Assembly (NCBI RefSeq): GCF_009914755.1
Contig: NC_060928.1
Strand: one strand, 5' to 3'
DNA length: 64,000 bases
From: the human T2T-CHM13v2.0 reference genome, Homo sapiens
The stretch's first letter is position 1, and every line of letters starts with the position of its first letter. Both the position numbers and the translations under genes were made by a program. Positions 1 through 11,840 of this stretch are shown here, piece after piece. Below the pieces are notes generated by a model that searched no databases, was not told the origin of the DNA, and was given only the letters and a program-made list of their open reading frames with translations.

Positions 1-339
1 ACCTATCTTCTTTGAAATCTTCTCATGATTGGCGGCTCAGGATGATGCCACGGGTGAAACTTATCAGATTCCCAGAATAGCTGCCTTTAGGAGAAATTGT
101 TTTTCCCTCTTTTCTGGATACTCATGCCTTCCTTCCATTTTATAATCAGAGCACAGCACTTCTACTGCATTAATGCCATAAATAGCTAATTGTTTTGCCC
201 TATCATAGTTTCCTTGAGAAATGAATTAACACAACCTCATAGGCCTCATCAGTCTGAGAACTCTGTTTTATTAATAGAATGCACAGAATAAAGCCTTTGT
301 ACCTTTTTCAAAAATCTAACTATAAAATATACCAGTATA

Positions 340-470
340 AATTGCAAAATTTTACACTTGGAACAATAATTTAGGCAAATTTTCCTTTCTTTACAAATTA
401 AGAAAACGAGGTCCCAGGGCAGAGTGATTGTCCAAAATTGCTCAGTAAAAAGAGACAGAATCAGAACTAT
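340..470 (-). mobile_element. MIR SINE fragment
   Basis: tttacaaattaagaaaacgaggtcccagggcagagtgattgtccaa resembles the antisense MIR core (ttttacagatgaggaaactgaggc...gacttgcccaa); highly diverged. Confidence 0.5.
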
Positions 471-1299
471 AAATCAGGGGTATTAAGTGTTTGTCTAAAA
501 CTACTGAATGGACACTAATATTTTGCAAAACGTTTGTTTTGTTTAGTTTTTTTTTTTTTCTAGTTTTTATTGAGAAGCTTTCTTGAGGGTATATCAAAAT
601 CCTTGACATCTGTTCATGGACTATGTGCAAAAAATACAGTACATCATACTTCTTAAGGAATTGAATAAAACATTACTTATCAATTTACTGAATTCTGAAA
701 TTTATACTTTGAGAGACATGAGATGTGTTGGTCACAATCTCTGATTTCCCCAGAAAACTCAAGTTCTTTCATTTCACAATGGCCTTGATGAGAAAAAATT
801 TTCTGAAATGGATTAGGAACAAAATGAAACCCCCAAGAACAGAGTGGAGCTTCTATACTAGAGTGGAGCTTAGAGTTGGAAGCGGTGAAGAAGATCCAAG
901 CGGTTTTCTGACTTCCGTGGTTCATTTATATTCACTTCCAGGAAGCTGATAAGGTGAGTGGTAACAGGAGTTCTGGAGATAAATTCCAATTAGTATATGT
1001 TCCTTTCCTTGTAAAGGCAAATGTGTGCAAGGCAAGATAGAGAGAAAAAAGAAATCAAGTGTGAGTATCTTGGACCATTTGTGCCCTGTGTCCATTCTGT
1101 GTAGATTTCCTCCCAGCCTCCAAGCCTCTTAGAAAGTCGTCTATAGCTGATAAGTTCTGTCTCCAAAGTCCTCCCTTTACACTTCTCCTTTCAGTCAGAA
1201 TTGGCTCCACCTACTCTACTGAACCTCCATTTGCTGAGGCCTGTAATAATTCTCACGCTCTTCATCAAAGAACCCTCACTGCTACCCGTTTAACTTGGG

Positions 1300-2235
1300 C
1301 TCTCAGCAATTTTAAGCATGTGGCAGGCATTTTTTCATAAACTCTGACTTTCTCTAGCTTTAAAACCACATGGTTTTCTTTCTATTCTTACCAACTCCTC
1401 CTTGGTCTTTACTGGTTCATTCTTCATTTCTAATGAGATGAGGGACTTTCTTGTAGCTAATATTAAACCGATTTATTACGCTATAATCTTTTCTGGAAAA
1501 TAATCTTACCCTGAGTGTTATAGTTTGTATATTTTTGTTGTGATATTTCCAAATGTACACCCTATATTAAGTCTTTCCATCTTAGCTTTATAAATCCAAG
1601 CTCTTACGTGGATTATGCATTTGGATAACTGACAGGCATTTCAAAGCCAACACGTGAATAACTGAATTCAGTATATTCTCCCCAAATGGTATTCATTCTG
1701 TAGTGTTTTCGATCTCAGAACATTGGGTCATCTTTTCATGGGCTCCGTCAGAGAAGCAAGCTAGGTGCCATTCTGCATAGCTCCTGCTCTCTGACTTCCT
1801 TAAATTCCTGTAGTTTTCTAAATATTTCTCAAGACTTCATTTTTCACGATTACAATCTAAGTCCATTTCTGAACACACTGCTGTCTTCCAAGTTCGTTTG
1901 CTCTTGAAATGTCTTCTCTTTCTCATGTCTAAGAAACCTTTCTTCATTAAATTTGTGACTCCTTTCAAATATTACCTCATTGAGAAATCATTTTTTGACA
2001 TTCTAGCTGGTTAGATGACTCTGCTTCTATAGTTTTATAGAACTATGCATACCAGATGGAAAGACATACAAACATGTCACAGTGTAAAGTTGCATGGGTT
2101 TTTTTTTTTTTTGCTATTATCTAAATGTCTTATCTTTATATTATAAACAACAATCATGTTTGTATCTCCAATGCCAACTATAGTGACTGGCAAACAGCAG
2201 ATGCTTAATACTTGTTGAAGAATGAAGGAATGAAT
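1300..2235 (+). mobile_element. L2 LINE 3' region, degraded
   Basis: Pyrimidine-rich L2-like text ending in a typical L2 3' terminus gtgactggcaaacagcagatgcttaatacttgttgaagaatgaaggaatgaat; left boundary uncertain. Confidence 0.6.
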
Positions 2236-2340
2236 TTCTGAGTGAAAGCAAGGTGATTTAATGCAGATATGGGGTAGACATCATCAAGAAAGTAAGAAAC
2301 TTTGCTTACTGGCAAGCAATATCTATAGAAGAATGCTTGT

Positions 2341-2636
2341 GGTCAGGCATGGTGTTTCATGCCTGTAATCCCAGCACTTTGAGAGGCCAAGGTGGATGGA
2401 TCACAAGGTCAGGAGATCGAGACATTCCTGGCCAACATGGTGAAATCCCGTCTCTACTAAAAATACAAAAATTAGATGGGAGCAGTGATGCACGCTTGTA
2501 ATCCCAGCTACTTGGAAGGCTGAGTCAGGAGACTCGCTTGAACCCAGGAGGCAGAGGTTGCAGCGAGCCTAGATCGCACCACTGCACCGGAGCAGCCTGG
2601 TGACAGAGCAAAATTCTGTCAAAAAAAAAAAAAAAA
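2341..2636 (+). mobile_element. Full-length AluS (AluSc-like)
   Basis: Two Alu arms, mid A-linker and poly-A tail; TSD agaagaatgcttgt (2327-2340) / agaaggatgcttgt (2637-2650). Confidence 0.95.
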
Positions 2637-3096
2637 AGAAGGATGCTTGTTTGCTCATTTATTTTGATTTGATTTGACTTGTTTTACTTTGTAATTTTAA
2701 TAAGATATTTTAGGGCAAATAGAATGAGTTATAGAAAAAAGTAATACCAAGAAAGGGGAGAGGATAATTGCTGAATCAGGGACCCAAAGAAATTTTAAAA
2801 AGGATTTGAATCAATGATGAAATGAATGAGAATATTCATGAAAAATATAATGCAAAAAAAACCTCAGATCCAGCTCAAACTTTACCTCTTCCATTTAGAT
2901 GGAATCTTTGTCATAGCCTTTATTATTTTTGTCTCAACTCATCAAATTTGTTTACTTGCACGTCCATCCTAACTATTGAAGTAAGAGATGTTTTAGAGGG
3001 AAAAGGTGTTTTGTTCACCTTGGTGCTTTTAGAACAATGTCTGGCATCTTAAAGGACGACCAATATTAACATTGAATAAGTGATAAGTAATGAAGG

Positions 3097-3635
3097 TGTC
3101 AGAGGCGTTTGAACCAGAGTGACTCCATTTTGAGTGAGGGCTAGGAAAATGAGGCTGAGACTTTCTGGGCTGCATTCCCAGGAAATTAGGCATTCCTAGA
3201 CTCTAGATATTTATGGTTAAGGGAACAAATTAATAATTTGACTAAAACAGACCCAGACTTGGGAGTGTCCAGATATCCCAATATCTGGAGAACAAAGGCT
3301 TTCCTAATTTTGCTTTAAAAATAATATCAGTTCTTGCAAAATACAGTAATTAAGAAAAATAATCTTGTAACACAAACTTTTGTAGCAGAGCACATCTCCC
3401 CAAGATCTATTTTTATCATATACACACACACAAGCATTGTACTTAGGGCAGACACGTTCCTCCTCTTACCTTCAGGAACATGCTATTCTGTCTATGGAGT
3501 AGTCATCCTTTCACCACTTTACTTTCTTAATCAACTTGCTTTTACTTTGTATTGCAGACTTGCCCTGAATTCTTTCTTGAGAGAGATCCAAGAACCCTCT
3601 CTTGGGGTCTGGATCAGGACCCCTTTCTAGGAACA
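3097..3635 (+). mobile_element. MER41-family solo LTR (ERV1)
   Basis: Starts tgtcagaggcgtttgaaccagag, ends gagatccaagaaccctctcttggggtctggatcaggacccctttc..aaca; TG...CA termini; 4-bp TSD aagg (3093-3096/3636-3639). Confidence 0.9.
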
Positions 3636-3835
3636 AAGGGGCTGGTGTTCATTATCATATTAAGGCTGGAATGCAATAAGATTCAAAGTTGCATTGTATA
3701 TTTAATGAATAGGTAAATTTGTTTCTAGAAATGTTAATCTTGAACTAAAATTTAATGAACACTTACTTGTCCCAAGTACTTATATGACTAACCACCTAAA
3801 AGTGTGCATGTACGTTAAACACTTTATTTCATAGC

Positions 3836-4198
3836 TGTACAAGTCCAGTCTCACACTGCTATAAGAATACTACCTGAGACTGGGTAATTTATGAAGAAGG
3901 TTTAATTAACTCACAGTTCCACCTGGCTGGAGAGGCCACAGAAAATTTACAACCATGGTGGAAGGCAAAGGGGAGGCAAGGCTTGTCTTACGTGGCAGTA
4001 GGAGAGAGAGAGAGAATACAAGGGAAATTACCACTTTTAAACCATCAGATCTCATGAGAACACCCTCAGTATCATTAGAACATCATGGAGGAAACCACCA
4101 CCATGATCCAATTGCTTCCCACCAGGTCCCTCCCTCAACACGTGGGGATTATAATTCCAGATGAGATTTGGGTGGGAACATAGAGCCAAACCATATCA
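3836..4198 (-). mobile_element. MaLR solo LTR (MSTA/THE1D-like)
   Basis: cctgagactgggtaatttatg...gatgagatttgggtggg...agccaaaccatatca; 5-bp TSD atagc/gtagc. Confidence 0.9.
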
Positions 4199-4284
4199 GT
4201 AGCAGCTTAGATAGATCAAACAATTTAGGCTGGCTTTGATTCTGGGTATTTCTTGATCCCATGCTCTTCTCATTCTGTATGGAT

Positions 4285-4680
4285 TCATTATTCCAGATAG
4301 GTTATGCTTATGCTGTGGTAACCAACGTAACACATACAAGTTTGTTTTCCACCCATTATAAGTCCAGTGTGGATTGAGCCACCCTCTATGGCAGCTATGT
4401 CTAGAGAGATGACTCACATAGGCATGCTACTTCCATCTTGTGATCCCATCCTGGCACACAGCCTCTGGTCAGCCAATCCCCAAAGTGAGGAAAGGAGAAG
4501 ATAGAATGGTGAGGGGTTTTTCCCTGCCTCATCCCAGATTGGTGCAGATCACTTCCACTCACATTGTGTTATCCAAAAATGTCCTATAACTCTACCTAAC
4601 CACAAAGAGTTGGTTCAGTTTATTTTGTGTGACTAGATGGAAATGACAACAAATAAAACTTGGTAAATCCACATCACATC
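4285..4680 (-). mobile_element. Old MaLR-like LTR (MLT1 group), degraded
   Basis: cttccatcttgtg, atcacttccactcacattgtgtt and cctaaccacaaag motifs typical of old MLT1 LTRs. Confidence 0.4.
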
Positions 4681-4747
4681 CAATATAATACTAAGGTAAG
4701 AGACTTGGCTTTATGGGAATAGAGACACTGTTGGTAGGCCAGGCAGT

Positions 4748-5340
4748 TAATTAAACAAATATTTACTGCATCCCTACTGTGTGTCAGGCTGTTTCATTTG
4801 CTGAATATACAGCAGTGAATGAAACATAGAAGTTCCCCCACAGTCATGGAATTTCCACTCAAGAAGGAGAAGCAAACAAACAAACACAAACCCCAAAATG
4901 CAATCATTTTAAAAATTAAAGAAGTACAGGTAGGCGTTTGTACAGAATTATCATAGCATTATGTGACAGAAAGTTTCTCAGTAGCTAATTTAGTGTAGGT
5001 AGTCGGCAAACATCTTTGTGAGGAGGTGATATGTAAACAGAAATCTGAATGACGTGAAGGAGCAGCTACATAACGTTAGGAAGAGAGACATTCTAGACTG
5101 AGCAGAGTTATCTCAAAGACTGCTACAGAAATAAACTCTTGGTGGCAGCAAAACAGAAAGTAGGTCATTGTGGATAGAGCAGAATGAGAGAGAGAAGAAT
5201 CATAGTATTAAATGTTGTTGTAGGAATAGGGAGAGATCAGCACTTGCATATTTTGAAGGAAAAACAAAGAGTTTTGAGTACAATGAGAAACCACTGGAGA
5301 ATAGTAAGCAGTAGAGTGACACAATATGATTTATGTTGAT
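4748..5340 (-). mobile_element. L2 LINE 3' fragment
   Basis: aacaaatatttactgcatccctactgtgtgtcaggc...tacagcagtgaat...gaggaggtgatatgtaaacagaaatctgaatga is an antisense L2 3' end. Confidence 0.8.
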
Positions 5341-5548
5341 TACTGGCACAGGTCAGTCTTCCAAACCTTATACATTCCTGAACCCTGAAAATAGAAGCTG
5401 AAGTGATAGACATCTGTGTGAGAGCCAAAGGCAATATCAGAGTTGAAAGGTGCTAAGCCCCACTTGCTTTCAATGGGACTGTCAGAGAGAAATGTGCTGT
5501 TACTGAAAAATGCCAGAGTTGGCAAAATCTAGATTTGCATGAAAAGCT

Positions 5549-5590
5549 AAAAAAAAAAAAAAAAAGAAAAGAAAAAGAAAAAGAAAAAAA
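5549..5590 (+). repeat. A-rich tract A17(GA4-7)n
   Basis: Read directly from the sequence. Confidence 0.9.
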
Positions 5591-6299
5591 CTGCAGGTGT
5601 GTAAAACGCTACTCTAGAATTAGGAAACTCAAGTGACTTAAGCTGGCAATTAAACTGGTGGCACACAGCCAGCCACCCGTCTGGTATGCGGAGTCTCAGA
5701 ATGCTTTTACACGGATGCTAGATTGAGTTGAAGTAAGCCAAGGTCGTGTGGATGCTTGATGCTGTGCTGGCCCAGTGTTGGAACAAGATGGAGAGCGGAA
5801 GGAGAAGTGGGAGGCATTGTGGGGAGACATGTTTATGATGTGCAGAAATGGCCACATTAGCCAGCAGAGGCGGATGGAAAATTCTTCTTCAGTTGAGCTG
5901 TCAGAACTGCTTCAGGAAAATAGCTATCACTGCAGATTATTTCATATGTAGATGTATGCAATGATGTAACAAGGAAAGTGGTTTTAGGGCATATATTTCA
6001 AACCTTGTTTTCTAGAGCCTTCAGGTTCAAAGAAAATACCTTCAGGAGCCACCACCATAGTCCTGGAGAGTAAGGAAAAGAAGTGGCATTCTAATACACA
6101 GGGGCTCTGTTCTAATTCATCCAAGGCTGTTCTTTATATTTTATGTATCAATAACATTGGAGTTGTAGGTGAACATTTATTTGGAAGAAATATTCCTACT
6201 GAAAAAGGCATATTTTCAACGTAACAAGAGCACAGTATTGAGAGGAATAAGGTTGAAACCATATAAATCACATACATCTGGTAGTATTTTATGCTACTT

Positions 6300-6790
6300 T
6301 ATTTAATTCTCACATTTTATAGATGGCTACTCTAAACCTCAATTGACATTTGGGAAAATTGACAATGAAGAAGTTTAAATTCCTTGTTCAAGGTCACATA
6401 GCCATTAAATGGTAAAGATGAGACTCAAACTTGGATTTCTGATCCCAAGGGCCACACTTTCTTTTACTGTTACCCCATTAAGTCATGCATGATGGACCCA
6501 CATCCACCATTCACTGACTTGTGATCTCTAGTAGGTACCATCTTCCCAGAATCTCATTTTTATCATTTATTAAAGAACAACAGAGCACTTAATGAAACCA
6601 ACCTCATTATTTTGAGGTTCAAGTGATATAATATGCTTATGAGAAGAAACTAGCATGAGCTAAGTGCTAGACACTTTTACAGACGTTGGCTTATGTAATC
6701 ATCCCAGAAATACAATGAGGGGACTGATGATGTCCTACTTTACAGATAAGGATATCAAGTCTAAGCCTAAACAGCCAGAAGTAGAGGGGG
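6300..6790. mobile_element. Cluster of 2-3 MIR fragments in mixed orientation
   Basis: ttgttcaaggtcacatagcc..gactcaaacttggatttctga and gtgctagacacttttaca..ctttacagataagga cores. Confidence 0.6.
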
Positions 6791-7807
6791 CTGCTGACAT
6801 TTCAATGTGAGTCTCAGTCCATTCATGTGAACAGGGCTTCACCTAACTTTTATGGTGACTGAGTGAGAAATAAAAAAGGAAACCGATTTATCATACATTT
6901 AAAGAGTTGAACAACATAAACTAATAAACACATATATAATAAATTAATATATAACTTCTATATTGATAAATATACCTTCAAGCCAAAAACGTGTATAGCT
7001 TTTAGGTGACTGAAAGTCAAAGTCAGTCCAAAAATATCAAAAAAGACCAAATGTATTATTATTGTGCATGTCTGGGTGTTGTACTTATAAAAGAATGATG
7101 ATTGGATGATTAGAGACAATATACACTTAATACATTACTATGTATTTACTTCATGATTTACCTTCATTTCATCAGCATTGCCATATTTTATAGTCAATAT
7201 TTTTATATATATATTTTATATTTATAACTGTCCAGCTGACCAAAAATAAAATGTAAATGTACTCAGAGATTAGTAAATGTTAATATTTTATCCAAAATGT
7301 AAATTTCAACATATGTAAAATATAAACACTAGAATTATTCTATATCTATTCTCAATCACGATATTTTTCTTCACAAATATTCAAAACTGACAAACATCAT
7401 AAAAGCTAAAATGCAAGTTTAATAATAAATATTAATTTCATATCAAAATTATTTTAGATCATCTTAAAATGCATTTTTATTAAATATTCTTATAAAATAT
7501 AACTTCCTAATTTTCACATTCAATGTGTATCTACTCGCCAAATTAAGGAATCAATATCACACTTCATGCATGCTATGTCTAGACCAACAAGTATATAAAT
7601 GTAAGAGTCATATGAATTATTGTAAATTACAGAATGTTCCTTAGTTGCTATGTATGACTACCATACGCAAGTAGCATGCTAATTAGTCAGTATGTCCATA
7701 GCAGGAATTGGAACATTACTCAAAGAGAAGATGGACACTAGCTCAACTGAAAAAAATGACACTTAAGTTATGTAAGAATATATTGTGTTCATGTTGAAGA
7801 TTTGATC

Positions 7808-8249
7808 TGTGCGATTATTAATTTTATGTGTAAATCCCTGGACCCTTGAGTGTGCCAGGAAATGCCTAGATATCTGCTTAAATATTATTTCTGGTTATGT
7901 CTATACAGGGGTTTTCAGAAGAAACTGGCATTTGAATCACTGAACAGAGAAAGCAGATGGCCCTCCTTAATTTGAGTGGGCCTCATCCAATTCATCTAGG
8001 GCCTGCACAGAGCAAAAAGGTAGAGGAGGGTTGAATTTGCACTTGGTTTGACTGTTTGAGCCTTGATGCCCATCTTCTCCTGCCCTTGAACTGGAACTTA
8101 CTACCAGCATGCCTGGTTCTTAGGGCTTGGACTGGTATTTACACCACAACCTTCCCTGAGTCTCCAGCTTGCAGACAGCAAGCAGATCATACAACTCCTT
8201 AGGCTCCACAGTCGTGTGAGATAAGTCCTTATACTATCTCTTTCTGTAA

Positions 8250-8297
<48 letters not shown>

Positions 8298-8366
8298 TTT
8301 ATATATATGTGCATATATATATATATATATCCTATTTGTTCTGTTTCCTTGCAGAACCCTAATATA
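7808..8366 (+). mobile_element. MLT2 (ERVL) solo LTR with internal (TA)n(CA)n
   Basis: ttaattttatgtgt...gcatttgaatc...gggcctcatccaatt...tctccagcttgcagacagc...cctatttgttctgtttccttgcagaaccctaatata; microsatellite 8253-8330 at the usual MLT2 position. Confidence 0.85.
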
Positions 8367-8726
8367 ATTCATTAATTAATTTGTTCTCTTTTACCTGTAC
8401 ACTTCTGAAGCTGTATAACAGAAGAGGCATAACGCATGCAACTTTGACTTTTTGATGCAGTGTGTTATTTTTTGTTTGTTTATTTTTTACATATCTTGGG
8501 CCATTTGCTTGTTTTTGAGTATGCAAATGTAGAGATCCTCTCCTTGGGCTTTGCAGTGTTAATCCGAAGAGTGAATGTTTGACAATTAGAGTTACTGCTC
8601 CCACCAGGCCGGCCCTGAAAGCTGGACTGCAGGTGATTGAGGTGCTTACATATTATTGTTTGTGTGTATGTGTTTACCTATTTTTGTGATATGACTATAT
8701 CTAAATCATGAATGTCCATCTAAACT

Positions 8727-8920
8727 CAAGTCAACAATTTTTTTTCTGTAAAGGGCCTAATAGTACATATATATGTATGTATGTGTGTATATATATATAT
8801 ATTTTGCTGTTGTAGTGCAATATTAGCCATAGACAGCATGTAGACAAATGAAGTAAGCATGGCCTTATTTGAATCATAGAAGGCCAAACTTGGCCCATGG
8901 GCTGTAATTCATTGACCTCT
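8727..8920. mobile_element. MER58A hAT-Charlie non-autonomous DNA transposon
   Basis: tttttctgtaaagggcctaatagta...gttgtagtgcaa..agccatagaca...ttggcccatgggctgtaattcattgacctctg. Confidence 0.8.
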
Positions 8921-9659
8921 GCACTGAAGCATGGGATCCTAAAAGGAATTCTCCTTCCTAAGTTTAAGCAGGTTACTGCATGCAGATGTGCCTTGTAAAC
9001 AAAACAGAAATTCATAAGCTGTTTAATTAAATAACTGGTTGGAATGATCTTTATTTTATTATTTTGCTGTTTGAGAACCGTGCTCAGTGACAAACTCAAT
9101 TCACATAATCACCTTTTATCAGATAGCCAACTTGGTCAAGATTTGAACATATTGGGCTTATCATTAACAGTAAATTTCTATGAATATTAGGTGACCAGAT
9201 ATTCTCAAACTCTGCTACGGTGGTCTTCATTTCTTTCTTTTTGCTTGGTTTATCTATATTTGGGGTCAGAAGAACTACTGACTTTGGGCTGGCCCAGTTA
9301 TCTTAGAACATTGATAACGACAATATCAAAACTCTGACCAATAATAACAGTTCAACAACAAATGACCAAGAAGTACTAACAGTTAGCCAGACATTATTCT
9401 AACAGCTTTCCCTATGATAACTCATGTACTGAGACAAACTGCAGTTCTTAATTTTTAGTGAATATTTATAATCCATATATTCTTAAGAGCCAGCTCTGTG
9501 GAATAAGGGGCCTCATGGAGACTAAAGACCAGGTTCCAATTTATCCATTTGATACTTCTCAGCTACATAGACTCTCTGATTCCTTGCCTGTATCAAAGGG
9601 AAAAACTTTAATGCTGTACTGAGTAAAAAATGAGGAAAGGTTTGTAAAACACAGTTTTA

Positions 9660-9929
<270 letters not shown>

Positions 9930-9940
<11 letters not shown>

Positions 9941-10085
9941 AAAAGAAAGAAACAAAAAGAAAGAAAAGAAAGGAAAAGAAAAGAAAGAAAAAGGAAAGAA
10001 AGGAAGGAAAAGAAAGAAAAAGAAAAGAAAGAAGGAGGAAAGAAGGGAAGGAAAGAAGGGAAGGAAGGAAGGAAGGAAGGAAGGA
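9930..10085 (+). repeat. (GAAA/GAAAA)n to (GGAA)n polypurine tract
   Basis: Pure purine from 9954 to 10085; six consecutive GGAA at 10059-10082. Confidence 0.95.
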
Positions 10086-10375
10086 CGTCATGACTGTTAT
10101 CCCAGTTCCAATACTTTAGGAGGCTGAGGCAGGTGGATCACTTGAACACAGGAGTTCAAGACCAGCCTTGGCAACACAGAGAGGCCGTCCCTCTACAAAA
10201 AAAAAAAAATTTAAATTAGCTTGGTGCAGTGGCATGTAGCTTTGGCCTCAGCTACTCTGGAGGCTGAGGTGGGAGAATCACTTGAGCCCAGGCTGTTGAG
10301 GCCACAGTGAACCATGATTGCACCACTGTATTCCAGGCTGGGTAACAGAGTGAGACCTTGTCTCAAAAAAAAAGA
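10086..10375 (+). mobile_element. AluJ lacking its first ~15 nt
   Basis: AluJ-type text cttgagcccagg, gaggccacagtga, catgattgcaccactg, gagaccttgtctc plus A tail. Confidence 0.9.
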
Positions 10376-10963
10376 AGATAAGTGTGATTACTATAAAAAT
10401 ATTTTAACTAAGATATATTTTCACTCTTTATCAGTATTACAGAAGAATAGGAACTGTAGCTTAAATAATTTTATAAATGTGTCTTTCTTCTTTTCTGCCT
10501 TCTCTTGCACTGAAAATAAAAAAAAAGGAACCCATTCACAATCCTCATGATCACAGAACCCAATCTATCTTACTTAAGCCTTCAACTGTAGACTTCGAGC
10601 TTTTATTTTTAAGCACGATTTGTTTCCTCTATTGTTTTTAAAATGTGGACTTTCAAGAGGTTTGGAATAAGCTTGCAACACATACTAACACTGGAAGTTA
10701 ATACATGTTCAGTCCGTTCTAGGTTTGGAAACAATCCTTGCTGATTTGAAGGTAATATATGGTGCTTGTCACTGGAAATGCGTGTGCAGGTGCACTGTCT
10801 GCCGACAACGTGAAATTGGCATTAGCATTAATCACAGATTTGAATTTGGCAAATGCTGGATTTCACAGCAAATATAATCCAGTATTACTGCAAAAGGCAA
10901 TTATAAAACTTCTCACTTTTTCTGAGCAACAAATTAGAATGTAATTAGAATCACGTGTGAGGG

Positions 10964-11041
10964 GTGTGTGTGCGCGCGTGCACGCACACACATGCGCACG
11001 AGTTTGTGTGTGTGCATGTGTGTAGGGGTGTGTGTGTGTGT
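10964..11041. repeat. Compound (TG)/(CG)/(CA) alternating purine-pyrimidine repeat
   Basis: Perfect R/Y alternation over 10964-11000. Confidence 0.9.
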
Positions 11042-11454
11042 AAGTTTAATGTTTCCTTTTTTCTCTTTATGGCACTCCAAACAAGCAATACCAGCAATTT
11101 AAATTTAGAGTTTTCTTTATATTATCCAGATTCAGGATACACTCTTCATTCTTACATAGATTGCCTAAATATTCACAATACTAGAACCTCCTTACATGCA
11201 TAAACAATGTTCATTTCTCCATATCTGTAGCTAACTCAGTCTCCACAAGAAGGATAATATCTTCCTATAATTAATACTTACTAGGATTTTTTTCTATAAA
11301 CTCATAAAGTGAGCGCTGTGTAATTTTATAAACATTACTCTTGACATTGTGCTCCAAATAAATGCAATAATATCATACTTTTTATAACTCATCAGATTCC
11401 TCAAAAATGGCCATTAGAAAATACATCAAATGGCAAGATCAGAGGTTTATTCAA

Positions 11455-11840
11455 AATTCATCCATTCAAAAAGTACTTATTAAACATTTATTTTATGGAG
11501 AGCTGTAAGAAGCATAGCAGTGAATAAACAGAATGTCTGCATCTATGCAAGTCACAATCAATTTAAGTGTTCTAAAGATGTCTATAATAAAAGCTTAAGT
11601 ACAGAAATCAAAATAGGGAAGCTGAATTTACAGAACTTTCTATGTGCTAGAAATAATTTGAAGTATTTTATGTACTTATGATTTTATTCCTTAAAACAAC
11701 TGTATTGTGATTTTACAAAGATGAAACATGTACACAGAAGTCAAGTCACTTCTACATCTAATGTGCAAATGACTGAACCATATTTCTAGTCTAGGTGGTT
11801 TAACTAGAGTCCACACTATTTTGGCTACATTATATTGCAT
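11455..11840 (-). mobile_element. L2 3' end fragment followed by MIR
   Basis: attcatccattcaaaaagtacttattaa..gcagtgaataaa; then tatgtgctag..attttacaaagatgaaac..aagtcactt. Confidence 0.55.

Noticed and set aside
841-883. agagtggagctt repeated 2-3 times (CRISPR-like or regulatory?)
   Set aside because: Short local micro-duplication with no regular spacers; eukaryotic context
5345-5590. Possible processed pseudogene ending in the A-tract
   Set aside because: No polyA signal, convincing TSD or recognisable coding homology upstream
5859-5875. CTCF-like motif gccagcagaggcgg
   Set aside because: One base short of the core CCAGCAGAGGGCG; too weak without data
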